64,000 bases of DNA, taken from the IMG/VR virus record IMGVR_UViG_2974679032_000001, positions 1-64,000 of that record. One strand, 5' to 3'. This DNA comes from a virus. Taxonomy: Duplodnaviria; Caudoviricetes. The notes beneath the pieces were generated by a model that saw only the letters and a program-made list of their open reading frames with translations, made no database searches and was not told the DNA's origin. The stretch's first letter is position 1, and every line of letters begins with the position of its first letter. Below, piece by piece: positions 9,325 through 18,789 of the stretch. A program made the translations under genes and the position numbers.

Positions 9325-11789
9325 TGTGGCCGGAGCGCGGCGAGGCGCTGAGCCGGACGATTGAGTTCGAGGCCGCGCTGGGCGATCTCTACCTGGAGGT
9401 GCTCAACGGATGGGTCTCAGGGGTTCGACCCCTGGTGCTGCCTTCGCTGACTGCCGCCTCGACGCTCCCGCCTGACCCGGCGGCTCTCGATCAAAACGCT
9501 GGGGCCTTGGATCAACCCTCTAGCGAGTTGATCCTAGCAATGCTTGCAACTCTATGGGCGTTATCGCTGGTAGAGAGTTCAGAGGGCCTCGAAATTAGTT
9601 TGCCAGAGCTGCCCGATCTGATCCCCCAACTGGACCGTAGGCTCACCCATGCTGTTACCTCGACCAGCGATCTCTCGGCGCGCCGCGTTCGGGAGGCTGT
9701 GGCGGTGGTCGAGAGCGACGACGATCTGCGCCAGGCGCGCGACGATTTCATCGCTCAACAGCGCGAACGGGTCGAGGCGGTGCCCGCCCTGGTGCGATCC
9801 AAGGTCGAGGCGGCGGTGGCCGAGGCCCGGCCAGCCGCGCCGGAGGGCGCGCCCTCCATCGAGGTGACCGTCGAGCAGATGACCACCGCTCAGCGCGAGG
9901 CGGCGAGCAGCGTGCTCACCCCCGGCTCCGCCGAGCTGCGTGAGGTCGCGCGCTGGGAGGGATACCAGGCTGCCGGGGTCCAGAACGCGGCGGTGATCGC
10001 GGCGGCGGCGCGCTCGGAGGACCAGCTCGACAAGGTGTGGATCGCCACGATTGACGGCAAGACCCGGCCCACCCACTTCGCCGCCGACGGCCAGCGCGCA
10101 CCCTTGGCCGGTAGTTTCAGCGTCGGGAACGAGCCGCTGCGATACCCCGGCGATCCGGCCGGGCCAGCCCGCGAGGTTCGCAACTGCCGGTGCCGCGTAG
10201 GCGTGCTGGCCCACGACGAGGACATCCCCGATGAGATCGACCGCCACACCGAGCGGCTCAACGGCCGGGACTCCACGGCGCGCAATCGCCAGGGGAGCCA
10301 GGAGGACGAGATCGCGCGCCGGGCAGCTGACGGCACGATCCGCGCCAGGGATGACGACGACGGCATAGGACGAACCGCAGCGGGCGGATGGACCGCCCCG
10401 AGCGAACAGGAGTACGAGATGCCCAAGCCAGCAGCGCCGACCACCGGCCCGGCCACCACGATGGCTGCGGCCGATGAGGAGAGCGGCTCGGAGATGTTCC
10501 GCACCTTCACCGACCAGCCCATCGCCTTCGTCGGGATCGAGACCAGCGACGGCCGGATGCTCGCGGCCGACATCGACCTGAGCTTCCGCAGCTTCCCGCT
10601 GCCGGTGATGTGGGTCAAGCAGACCGGCTACGGCCATGAGGACGCTTTCACCGTGGGCGTCATCGAGGGCGCGCGGATCGACGGGGAGCGCGTGCTCGGC
10701 TCGGGCTACATGCTCAACACCGCCGAGGCCGACGAGGCCAGCGAGCAGCTCGCGCACACCGCCACCCGGCCCTCGGTCGATCTGGCCAAGACCGAGTGGA
10801 TGCTCACCGACGAGAACGGCAAGGAGATCACCGAGGAGGAGTGGTGGGACTTGCCGATGGACGCCAAGGTCATCCAGACGATCACCGCCGCCGAGCTGAT
10901 CGGCACGACGCTCGTCGCGACCCCCGCTTTCGGCGACACCATGATCCAGCTCAACGCCGAGCGCGAGAGCCGAGACGCCGCCCTGGTCGCAAGCGCGGCT
11001 GAGCAGTTCCGGCCGCGCACCTACCCGGCCCACATGTTCTCCGACCCCGGCCTGAGCGCGCCGACCCCGATCACGATGGACGCCGACGGCCGCATCTTCG
11101 GTCACCTGGCGTGCTTCGGGGCCTGCCACCGCTCGATTCAGAGCCAGTGCGTGATGGCCCCGCGCTCGCCCTCGGACTACTCGATGTTCCACACCAGCCC
11201 GGCGGTGCGCCTCGATGACGGCACCTCGCTGCCGGTCGGGCGGCTCACGGTCGGCACCGGCCACGCACCGGACTCCTACGCGGGCGCTCCGGCCAAGGCC
11301 CACTACGACAACACCGGCACATGCTTCGCCCTGGTGCGCGCGGGCGAGGACGCCCACGGCATCTGGATCAGCGGGGTCGCGGCTCCCTGGGCCACGCCCG
11401 AGCAGATCGAGGAGGGGCTGGCCAGCCCGCTGTCGGGCGACTGGCGCAACTTCGGCAAGGGCCTGGACCTGATCGCCGCCCTGGCGGTCAACACCCCAGG
11501 CTTCGCTGTGCGGGGCCGCGATGGCTCCGAGGGCCAGCCGGTGGCGCTGGTGGCCAGCCTGGGCCTCGATCCTCGCCGGGAGACCGGCACTCCGGCGCTG
11601 ACGGCCGACGCCATCGGCGACATCGTGGAGGCGGCGGTCTCGCGGGCCTACGCCAAGCGTGAGGCCGACGCGGAGCTGGCCGGGCTGATGGCTGCCGCGA
11701 GCGAGAAGGTCGGCCCGCCGCCTCCGCCCAAGACCGAGGCCGAGGAGCTGAGCGAGCTGCTGGCTCGCGCCGGTACGCTCAGCGCATGA
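9324..11789 (+). CDS. MuF-like minor head protein / capsid maturation protease fusion
   Basis: ATG overlapping the portal stop; MuF motifs KVWIATIDGKTRPTH, YPGDP, NCRC; C-terminal protease-like region. Confidence 0.85.
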   Translation: MWPERGEALSRTIEFEAALGDLYLEVLNGWVSGVRPLVLPSLTAASTLPPDPAALDQNAGALDQPSSELILAMLATLWALSLVESSEGLEISLPELPDLIPQLDRRLTHAVTSTSDLSARRVREAVAVVESDDDLRQARDDFIAQQRERVEAVPALVRSKVEAAVAEARPAAPEGAPSIEVTVEQMTTAQREAASSVLTPGSAELREVARWEGYQAAGVQNAAVIAAAARSEDQLDKVWIATIDGKTRPTHFAADGQRAPLAGSFSVGNEPLRYPGDPAGPAREVRNCRCRVGVLAHDEDIPDEIDRHTERLNGRDSTARNRQGSQEDEIARRAADGTIRARDDDDGIGRTAAGGWTAPSEQEYEMPKPAAPTTGPATTMAAADEESGSEMFRTFTDQPIAFVGIETSDGRMLAADIDLSFRSFPLPVMWVKQTGYGHEDAFTVGVIEGARIDGERVLGSGYMLNTAEADEASEQLAHTATRPSVDLAKTEWMLTDENGKEITEEEWWDLPMDAKVIQTITAAELIGTTLVATPAFGDTMIQLNAERESRDAALVASAAEQFRPRTYPAHMFSDPGLSAPTPITMDADGRIFGHLACFGACHRSIQSQCVMAPRSPSDYSMFHTSPAVRLDDGTSLPVGRLTVGTGHAPDSYAGAPAKAHYDNTGTCFALVRAGEDAHGIWISGVAAPWATPEQIEEGLASPLSGDWRNFGKGLDLIAALAVNTPGFAVRGRDGSEGQPVALVASLGLDPRRETGTPALTADAIGDIVEAAVSRAYAKREADAELAGLMAAASEKVGPPPPPKTEAEELSELLARAGTLSA

Positions 11790-11920
11790 TCATCCTGGGC
11801 ATCATCCTCGTCATCATCGGCGTGTTCGTGCTGCGTCACATCCTGTGGCCCATCGGCGCGGTGCTGCTGATCGTGGGCGCGGTGCTGGCCATCGCCAACC
11901 ACGGTTTCGTCTACTACTGA
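11786..11920 (+). CDS. 44-aa two-TM membrane protein (not in ORF track)
   Basis: MIILGIILVIIGVFVLRHILWPIGAVLLIVGAVLAIANHGFVYY; 4-bp overlap with the upstream gene; GC3-rich codons. Confidence 0.75.
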   Translation: MIILGIILVIIGVFVLRHILWPIGAVLLIVGAVLAIANHGFVYY

Positions 11921-11938
11921 CCCTGGAGGGCCTCGGAC

Positions 11939-12169
11939 ATGGGTTGCAATTGCGGCGGTCGAACGGCTGCCAACTCCAGCGACACGCTGGGCTATTACGT
12001 TGTGCTGCCGGATAAGTCGGTGCTCCCGGCCGGGTTCAATCCCGACGATCCCGAGGCTGGCGCGCCGCCGTACTTCGGCTATTACGAGGCGCGCAACCAG
12101 ATCGTGCTCAACGGCGGCGGCACCGTCCGGCGCGCCCGGCGCAAGCCAGCCGAGGCCACCGCGAGCTGA
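11939..12169 (+). CDS. hypothetical protein (MGCNCGG N-terminus)
   Basis: GGAGG RBS; ORF fills the gap before the capsid gene. Confidence 0.75.
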   Translation: MGCNCGGRTAANSSDTLGYYVVLPDKSVLPAGFNPDDPEAGAPPYFGYYEARNQIVLNGGGTVRRARRKPAEATAS

Positions 12170-12175
12170 TCTCTG

Positions 12176-12194
12176 CACGGTGCTCATCTAGCGT
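12176..12194 (+). promoter_or_regulatory. putative late promoter for the capsid gene
   Basis: CACG-N9-TAGCGT, same geometry as 7 other late-gene promoters. Confidence 0.55.
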
Positions 12195-12280
12195 TCATCG
12201 CCAGAGGGAACCTGCTCCGAGCTATGTGCCGAGGATCGCTCGCCGAGACAACGTGTTCGATTCCGATTGAGGAGTTCGCA

Positions 12281-14131
12281 GTGACTTTCCACAAGCCGCT
12301 CGCGCCGCGTCTGATCCGCCTCTACGGCGTCGGTCAGTTCACCACGGCGACCCGGTTCCAACTGCCGGAGACCCTGCCCGAGACCGTGGCCGAGCTGGAC
12401 GCTCTGCTGGAGGCCGCTCGCGCCGAGGTCCATGTCTACGAGGCCCAGCACGCCGCTGGTCGCCAGCTGAGCGGCGAGGACATCTCCGCCCTGCGCGATC
12501 TCGTCGGCGAGAACGGTGCCATCGACCAGCTCCAGGCCGCGCGTGACACCGCTGCCGCTGCCGAGGCCGATCACACCGAGGAGCTGAATGGCCTGCTCCA
12601 GCGCGCCAGCGCCAGCCGCCAGGCTCCCGAGGGCACCGCGCCCGAGGGCGAGCCGGAGGGTGACGAGGGTGACGAGGGCGACGGCCAGGAGGGCACCGAG
12701 GGCGGCGAGGGCCAGCCCGACGGTGGCACCCAGGCCGAGCCGACCCAGGAGGGCCAGCCAGCGGCAGTAGCCGCGTCGGCGAGCAATGGCGCTCAGCGGC
12801 CGGTCACCTTCGCCGGGGCGCAGCAGGGCAATCCGCCCGCCAACCCCACCCCCATCGAGCCGGGCTGGAACATGCACCCCGGTGCGCCGGGCTACACGGC
12901 TGGCCAGGGGCGGGTCGGTTTCCGCGACCTGGCTCTGAGCCTGGACCGCATCCGGCCGGGCAGCCGGGCCTCGATCCGGCCCAACCGCCCGAACAAGACG
13001 ATGGACGGGATGGAGTTCGCCCGCCAGGTCGTGGCCAGCCTGGACCGCCAGGTCGATGTCGTGGACGACGCTCACGCGCTCGTCGCGGCCATCAACGCGG
13101 CCACCAGCTCGCGCCAGCTCTCCGAGCCGACCTACGACGAGCGCGGCTCGTTGACGGCGGCTGGCGGCTGGTGCGCGCCGTCGGAGCAGCTCTACGACTT
13201 CTGCGACGTGCCCGACGCGACCGATCTGGTCTCCATGCCGGAGATCACGATCAACCGCGGCGGCATCCGCTGGCCTCGGGAGCCTGATCTGTCCGGCATC
13301 TTCGAGGACTTCGAGTGGTTCTTCACCGAGGCCGAGCTGGAGGCCACCGACGTTGACGGCAACCCGACCGCCGTCAAGACGTGCGTCGAGATTCCCTGCC
13401 CCGACCAGTTCGATGAGATTCGTCTCAACGCGGTGGGCTGGTGCGTGGAGTCCGGCATCCTCCAGGAGCAGGGCTGGCCGGAGCTGTCCGAGTGGTTCAT
13501 GCGCAACCTCACCCAGGAGCACCTCCGCGCGCTGAGCCGCCGGACGATCCTGGATGTGGTCAGCGGCTCGGGCGCGCCGATCGTCATCCCGCCGACCTCG
13601 GTCCTGGGTTCGGTGCCGTCGGTGCTCAACAGCCTCGCGCTGGTGGCCACCAACATCCGGCTCAAGAGGGGCCTGGCCCGCACGGCGACCATCGAGGGCA
13701 TCGCCCCGAGCTGGTTCCATGAGGTGCTGCGCGCCGACCTCGCCATGCGCGAGGGCACCGACGTGTTCGCCATCACCGACGCGGCCATCAACGGCTGGCT
13801 GAGCGCGCGCAACATCGCGCTCCAGTTCGTCGGCGATTGGCAGACCCGCGCCGCTGGCCTGCCGGGTAACCTCGGCACGCTGGTCTGGCCGGAGACGGTG
13901 GACATCGCGCTCTACCCGGCGGGCACCTGGTTCCGCTCGATGAGCAACGTGATCGAGCTGGGTGTCATGTACCCCAAGGAGCAGCTCCAGGTGAACCGCT
14001 TCACGCGGATGTTCACCGAGGACGCCATCGCGGTGGGCAAGCGGTGCGGCGAGTCCGTCATCGTGCGCGTGCCGCTCAACGTGTCCGGCGCTGTTGGCGA
14101 GCGCGCCCTGGCGACCAACGTCACCCCGTAA
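12281..14131 (+). CDS. major capsid protein with N-terminal scaffold-like acidic region
   Basis: GAGGAG RBS before GTG; SLTAAGGWCAPSE motif; position in the head operon. Confidence 0.9.
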   Translation: MTFHKPLAPRLIRLYGVGQFTTATRFQLPETLPETVAELDALLEAARAEVHVYEAQHAAGRQLSGEDISALRDLVGENGAIDQLQAARDTAAAAEADHTEELNGLLQRASASRQAPEGTAPEGEPEGDEGDEGDGQEGTEGGEGQPDGGTQAEPTQEGQPAAVAASASNGAQRPVTFAGAQQGNPPANPTPIEPGWNMHPGAPGYTAGQGRVGFRDLALSLDRIRPGSRASIRPNRPNKTMDGMEFARQVVASLDRQVDVVDDAHALVAAINAATSSRQLSEPTYDERGSLTAAGGWCAPSEQLYDFCDVPDATDLVSMPEITINRGGIRWPREPDLSGIFEDFEWFFTEAELEATDVDGNPTAVKTCVEIPCPDQFDEIRLNAVGWCVESGILQEQGWPELSEWFMRNLTQEHLRALSRRTILDVVSGSGAPIVIPPTSVLGSVPSVLNSLALVATNIRLKRGLARTATIEGIAPSWFHEVLRADLAMREGTDVFAITDAAINGWLSARNIALQFVGDWQTRAAGLPGNLGTLVWPETVDIALYPAGTWFRSMSNVIELGVMYPKEQLQVNRFTRMFTEDAIAVGKRCGESVIVRVPLNVSGAVGERALATNVTP

Positions 14132-14150
14132 GGGCTGGCTGAGTCAGACT

Positions 14151-14208
14151 GGAGGCGGTGAACGTGAGCAACCCGAGGCCGCTCACGTTCGCCGCCTCCT
14201 TCTCGTTT
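14151..14208 (+). terminator. intrinsic terminator/attenuator after the major capsid gene
   Basis: 19-bp stem GGAGGCGGTGAACGTGAGC/GCTCACGTTCGCCGCCTCC followed by TTCTCGTTT. Confidence 0.75.
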
Positions 14209-14222
14209 CCCAGGAGGACTAG

Positions 14223-15020
14223 ATGACCCAGGCACTTCCCACCCTGGTCGAGCCGCTCAACGTGCTCGGCCCGATGACCTATGACCCTCCGCTGGTCAAC
14301 CCCACCGCCTACGGCCTCTACGCCGTCACCGACTGGCAGCCCGAGGGCGAGAGCCGCTGGCTCAACGGGGTCGAGTTCCGGCCGACCGGGAACTACTCCG
14401 ACCAGCTGGCCTCCGGCCTGTGGGGCGGGGCCTGGTGCGGCGAGCCGGAGGCCGGGATGCTCAAGACCGGCGAGCGGCCGGACATCCCCGAGGTGTTCCA
14501 GGCGATGACCATCTGGGCCTACGACGAGTGCGATCTCACCGCGCAGAGCCGCGCCGAGGTCCAGGCTCGCGCCGCCCAGATTCTTCGCATGGAGGAGCAA
14601 TACCTGGTCGAGCGCGAGTTCGCCGAGCGGCTCAAGCTCGACGCCGCCGACCTCGGCGCGCCCCAGACCGCCGCCTCGCTCAAGCAGGCCGTCGGGTATC
14701 TGGAGGGCGCTGCGGCCATCGCCGGGACGCTGCTCTACTTCCACGTCGGCGCTCAGTGGGCCAGCCAGGAGTTCGGGCTGTTCACCAAGCAGGGCAGCAA
14801 GTTCGTCAGCCCGCTCGGCAATATCTGGGTGGTCGGCGGCGGTTACGTCGAGGGCCTGGACGACATGATCGTGGCCACCAGCCAGCCGGTCGGCTGGCGG
14901 GATGCGCCCACGACACGCACGGCGATTGACGAGAAGCACAACATCTTCGCTGCCGTGGCGGAGCGTAGCGTCAACATCGGCTACGAGGCGGCTGTGGCTG
15001 CCGTGACCATCACACCGTAA
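14223..15020 (+). CDS. second capsid protein (putative pentamer/minor capsid)
   Basis: AGGAGG RBS; immediately after the major capsid gene as in cluster B-type head modules. Confidence 0.6.
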   Translation: MTQALPTLVEPLNVLGPMTYDPPLVNPTAYGLYAVTDWQPEGESRWLNGVEFRPTGNYSDQLASGLWGGAWCGEPEAGMLKTGERPDIPEVFQAMTIWAYDECDLTAQSRAEVQARAAQILRMEEQYLVEREFAERLKLDAADLGAPQTAASLKQAVGYLEGAAAIAGTLLYFHVGAQWASQEFGLFTKQGSKFVSPLGNIWVVGGGYVEGLDDMIVATSQPVGWRDAPTTRTAIDEKHNIFAAVAERSVNIGYEAAVAAVTITP

Positions 15021-15033
15021 GGAGATCGGGACC

Positions 15034-16038
15034 ATGCCAGAGGGCATCCTCGCGACCGTCGATGACGGGTTCGCCACCATCGACTTCGTGGACCCCAGCC
15101 TGCGCGGTCCTGCCCTGGCGCAGCTCGTAGAGCTGGGCGGCGCGGAGTCCATCGAGACCATCACGCGCAGCGGGCCTCGCCGCCAGTACCGAGTGCCCGA
15201 GGGCAATGCTCGGGAGGTCGGCCTGCTCGATGACTCCGAGGCTCATCCTCGGGGCGCGGTCGATCACTCGGCCGAGGAGGCGGCGCTGACCTCCGAGGGC
15301 GGCGTGCGCGGCGCGTTCACCCCCGGCAACGCGGGCGTGGATACCGGCGCGGCGGCGGCGCTCAAGGCGGCGAACCCCAACGTCAACGCCGGGGCCGACG
15401 CTGCCGACTGGCATACGCCCACCGCGGAGTACACCTCGGCGAACAAGTTCGTCGGCGACACCACGGTGACCGAGGCGCGGGCGGCTGCCGCTCCGGCCTT
15501 CACCGGGGCGGGCACCTCCCACGGCGGCGGCAATGCCACCGAGGTGCCGACCCACCGCGATCTCATCGACCGGGTTAAGGCGTTCGAGAAGGCCAACCCC
15601 AAGGGCGAGCCGCGCGGCGAGGCCCAGCCTCACGCGCCGGTCCAGGCGCTCAACACCGGCCTCAAGTCCCAGGACTCGGCGCTGGCCGACGATCCCGGCG
15701 CTCGGCCGGACGAGGGCGGGCAGGCGCGCAGCGTCTACTCCTCGCCCCAGGCGGTGCGCAGCGGCAAGGCTCCAGAGGGCGCGGAGAGCGGCCAGGAGGC
15801 CCCAGGCGAGGCTGAGAGCACCGCTGGCACCTCCGAGGCTCCGGCGGCTCCCAGCGAGCCGCAGAGCGGCGCTCAGGAGGTCAAGGAGATTCCCGGCGAT
15901 CAGTACCCCGAGGGCGAGCCGACCGAGGACTGGCGTCGGCCGGAGCTTGACTCCTACGCGCTGGACAAGAAGGGCCTCGACACCACCGAGCTGCCCAACA
16001 AGAAGGCCGTGCTCAAGGCGATCTCGGAGGCCAAGTGA
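15034..16038 (+). CDS. hypothetical virion-associated protein
   Basis: AAGGAG RBS; Ala/Glu/Pro-rich with a short helical C-terminal domain. Confidence 0.75.
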   Translation: MPEGILATVDDGFATIDFVDPSLRGPALAQLVELGGAESIETITRSGPRRQYRVPEGNAREVGLLDDSEAHPRGAVDHSAEEAALTSEGGVRGAFTPGNAGVDTGAAAALKAANPNVNAGADAADWHTPTAEYTSANKFVGDTTVTEARAAAAPAFTGAGTSHGGGNATEVPTHRDLIDRVKAFEKANPKGEPRGEAQPHAPVQALNTGLKSQDSALADDPGARPDEGGQARSVYSSPQAVRSGKAPEGAESGQEAPGEAESTAGTSEAPAAPSEPQSGAQEVKEIPGDQYPEGEPTEDWRRPELDSYALDKKGLDTTELPNKKAVLKAISEAK

Positions 16039-16547
16039 TGACCAGTCATCAGAGTGCTCGGGCCTGGCTCCAGGCCCACATCCCACCGGCCGACCGCGAG
16101 ATTCTCTACCGCGTGGTCGCGGGCGCGCTGACGTTCCTGAGCGGCTGGGGCATCCTCGACAACGAGCGCGCCGTGCTCTGGAGCCAGCTGGGCATCGGCA
16201 CGGTCACCGCGCTGTTCGCCCTGCTCTACGCGACCAGCTCGGTGCGCGTGGTGCTCTACACGCTGGTCGGCCCGCTGGGCGCGGTGCTGCTGGCCTACGG
16301 GATCATCCAGGACGAGAAGTGGGCGGTCATCACCGCCAGCCTTGCTCAGGTGTTCGGCATCGCCACCGCCGCCGCCAAGACCGTCGAGATGCTCCCGCCT
16401 GAGCGCCTGTCCGGCGTGGTAGTCGCGCCAGCTGCAACCAAGGTCAAGACGGCGGTCGCGGTTCGGACTCCCAAGGAGGCTCGCGCCGTGCGGCGTGCCC
16501 GGCCCAAGGCCAGGAGCACGCGGCGGTCTCGAACCCCAACCGGCTGA
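16035..16547 (+). CDS. holin-like 4-TM membrane protein
   Basis: Four hydrophobic helices and a basic C-terminal tail. Confidence 0.6.
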   Translation: MMTSHQSARAWLQAHIPPADREILYRVVAGALTFLSGWGILDNERAVLWSQLGIGTVTALFALLYATSSVRVVLYTLVGPLGAVLLAYGIIQDEKWAVITASLAQVFGIATAAAKTVEMLPPERLSGVVVAPAATKVKTAVAVRTPKEARAVRRARPKARSTRRSRTPTG

Positions 16548-16552
16548 TCACG

Positions 16553-17008
16553 ATGGACCGCGAGGAGCGGCTGGAGATCGCTGACCGCCTGGCCAGGCGG
16601 ATGGAGCGGCTGGAGGAGTTCGTCCAGACCGCCACGGTGCTCCTTGCGCTCATCCCGACTGCATACGGAGTGCTCACATGGGTTTATGGGGCGGAGCTGT
16701 GGAACGACAGCCCGGTTTACGCGACGGCTCTCCAGACGCCGGGCGCGCCGGAGAGCTGGGGAACGGTATTCATCGGGGCGGGCGTCGTCGGGATCATCTC
16801 CGGCTGGCGTGGTCATCGCCGCTGCGTGATGGTGACGTGCGGGCTGATCGCCCTGCTGATGGCGATGTTCATGGCGATGTTCGTCACCGAGTTCGTCCAG
16901 CACGTCGATCAAGAGGGCGCACTCGCGCCTGCCATGATCTACGCCGTTATCTCGATGCTGTTTCTCGCCCGAGCGCGATTGGCCTGGGCCTCACTAAGGG
17001 ACTACTGA
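16553..17008 (+). CDS. membrane protein
   Basis: Four TM segments. Confidence 0.75.
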   Translation: MDREERLEIADRLARRMERLEEFVQTATVLLALIPTAYGVLTWVYGAELWNDSPVYATALQTPGAPESWGTVFIGAGVVGIISGWRGHRRCVMVTCGLIALLMAMFMAMFVTEFVQHVDQEGALAPAMIYAVISMLFLARARLAWASLRDY

Positions 17009-17514
17009 TGGCGATGCGTGTTCGGGTGGGGGCCTGGCTGGCACACACCCGGTTCGTGCCGACCCCGCTCTACCGCCTGATCCTGGTGGCGGCGTGCATC
17101 AGCTCGCTGCTCCAGCTGATCTATGGCGCTCCGGCGTCGGTGAGCAGCGTGAGCCGCTCGGAGGCGTTCGATTGGGCGTTCGTGGCGCTCCAGCTGGCGG
17201 CGGCGATCACCGCGCTGGTCGGCCTCTACCTGGTCGAGGGCGAGTCTCCGCCGCCCTGGACGACCTCCGGCCCGGCGATCTATGCCGCCGACCGACCCGA
17301 GATCGACCCCGAGAAGCTCCACCGCTCGCTCACCGTCGAGCTGCTCGGGCTGATCGGCCTCCAGACGGTGATGGCGGTCCAGCTCGCGGCCAGCGCGTTC
17401 GACGTGGGAAGGATGCCCAGCGCGCTGTCCACCTGGATGATGACCGTGTTCTGGGTCTGGTCCTTCTTCCGTGACCGCGACATCCTGCGAGCACTAGGGA
17501 AGCTGACAAAGTGA
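17008..17514 (+). CDS. membrane protein
   Basis: ATG overlaps the previous stop (MAMRVRVGAW); about four TM segments. Confidence 0.75.
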   Translation: MAMRVRVGAWLAHTRFVPTPLYRLILVAACISSLLQLIYGAPASVSSVSRSEAFDWAFVALQLAAAITALVGLYLVEGESPPPWTTSGPAIYAADRPEIDPEKLHRSLTVELLGLIGLQTVMAVQLAASAFDVGRMPSALSTWMMTVFWVWSFFRDRDILRALGKLTK

Positions 17515-17843
17515 CCGCCGCCCTCGTCCTCCAGATGATCGGCGGGGCCGGGTTCCTGGCGGGCGTGGTGGCGGTCCTTCACTTCTTCAACACACGCAAG
17601 AGCACCAGGTCAAAGGGCAGCGCCGAGGCGTACCAGGCGTACCGGACGTTCGTCGCCGGAGCGTTCGAGGACGCCGCCGGAGTGACCGCTCGGGTGACCG
17701 CCGACCGCGACAAGCTCGGCGCGATCCGCATCGCTCTGATCGACCTCTGCCAGGCGGCGCTGAGCCTGGCCCGGCGCAAGGGCGCGACCCAGGATGAGCT
17801 GGAGCCGCTCTACGACCAGCTCGATGAGGTCCGCTCCCGGTGA
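17511..17843 (+). CDS. membrane protein (1 TM plus coiled coil)
   Basis: N-terminal TM; 4-bp overlap. Confidence 0.75.
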   Translation: MTAALVLQMIGGAGFLAGVVAVLHFFNTRKSTRSKGSAEAYQAYRTFVAGAFEDAAGVTARVTADRDKLGAIRIALIDLCQAALSLARRKGATQDELEPLYDQLDEVRSR

Positions 17844-17848
17844 GCTTG

Positions 17849-17867
17849 CACGGTCCTGGCCTAATGT
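17849..17867 (+). promoter_or_regulatory. putative late promoter for the major tail gene
   Basis: TGCACGGT..-TAATGT, closely matching the capsid promoter. Confidence 0.55.
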
Positions 17868-17927
17868 CAGAGCCAACCTCGGAATGACCGCTGGCGCGCC
17901 GCGCCTGACCCAGGAGGACTACCAGAC

Positions 17928-18728
17928 ATGGGTGCCACCTTCCCCCTCGTCAAGGGCAAGACGCTGCGCCTGACCAAGATCAACGGCTGCGGGATGCCCA
18001 TCGCGGGCGCTCGCAATCGCCTGGTGACCAACGGCTACGTCAGCCTTGGCCTCACCGCGGTCATGCGCGATGCCGACGACCTGACCCAGACCAACGCCGA
18101 GGGCAAGGAGTGCGTGGCTGATCGCACCGAGCCGGAGCGCCGCTGGTACACCCCGGCCCTGGAGCTGTGCAACGTGGACCCCGATGTGGTCACGATGCTC
18201 ACCGGCTGGGAGACCGTGCTCGACGCGGCTGGCGAGGTGGTCGGGTTCCGCGACGACAAGAAGATCGAGAGCGACTACGGCGTGGCGTTCGAGCTGTGGA
18301 CCTCGGGCAAGTCCGAGGACGACTGCCCCGACATCCCGACCTCGGACGCGATCCTGACCGACCTCTCGGCGGGCCGCAAGTACGGCTACTTCCTGTTCGG
18401 CGGGACCGAGTGGGTGCCGGGTGACATCACCATCGGCAGCTCCATCGCCACGCTCACGCTGACCGGCCGGACCATCGCGCTGCCGCACTGGGGCCGGGGT
18501 CCGTACAACGTCACCGTGGACGACGAGGGCAACCCGGTTCGCCTCCTGGAGCCGACCAGCAAGAAGGAGCACCTGACCGTGTTCCGCACGCCGCTGGCTC
18601 CGCCGGACGCGACCGACGGCGCGGTGGCCCTGGCCACCAGCACGATCTTCACCGGCACGAACTACTACTACGGCGGTCCGGCCTCCGAGCCTGCGATTGA
18701 CGAGGCTCCGGCTCAGGTGGCTGCCTAA
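17928..18728 (+). CDS. major tail protein
   Basis: AGGAGG RBS; LRLTKINGCG, ELCNVDP, WGRGPY motifs of actinophage tail tube proteins. Confidence 0.85.
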   Translation: MGATFPLVKGKTLRLTKINGCGMPIAGARNRLVTNGYVSLGLTAVMRDADDLTQTNAEGKECVADRTEPERRWYTPALELCNVDPDVVTMLTGWETVLDAAGEVVGFRDDKKIESDYGVAFELWTSGKSEDDCPDIPTSDAILTDLSAGRKYGYFLFGGTEWVPGDITIGSSIATLTLTGRTIALPHWGRGPYNVTVDDEGNPVRLLEPTSKKEHLTVFRTPLAPPDATDGAVALATSTIFTGTNYYYGGPASEPAIDEAPAQVAA

Positions 18729-18746
18729 GCCGCTACCGAACGGCGA

Positions 18747-18777
18747 ACCGGCCCCGAGGGATTCCCTCGGGGCCGGT
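18747..18777. terminator. hairpin terminator between convergent genes
   Basis: Perfect 14-bp stem ACCGGCCCCGAGGG-att-CCCTCGGGGCCGGT. Confidence 0.8.
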
Positions 18778-18789
18778 CTCGTTTGGCGC

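Noticed and set aside
12625-12760. GAGGGY-rich repeats in the capsid gene and Gly-rich repeats in the tape measure and tail genes
   Set aside because: Explained by low-complexity protein linkers
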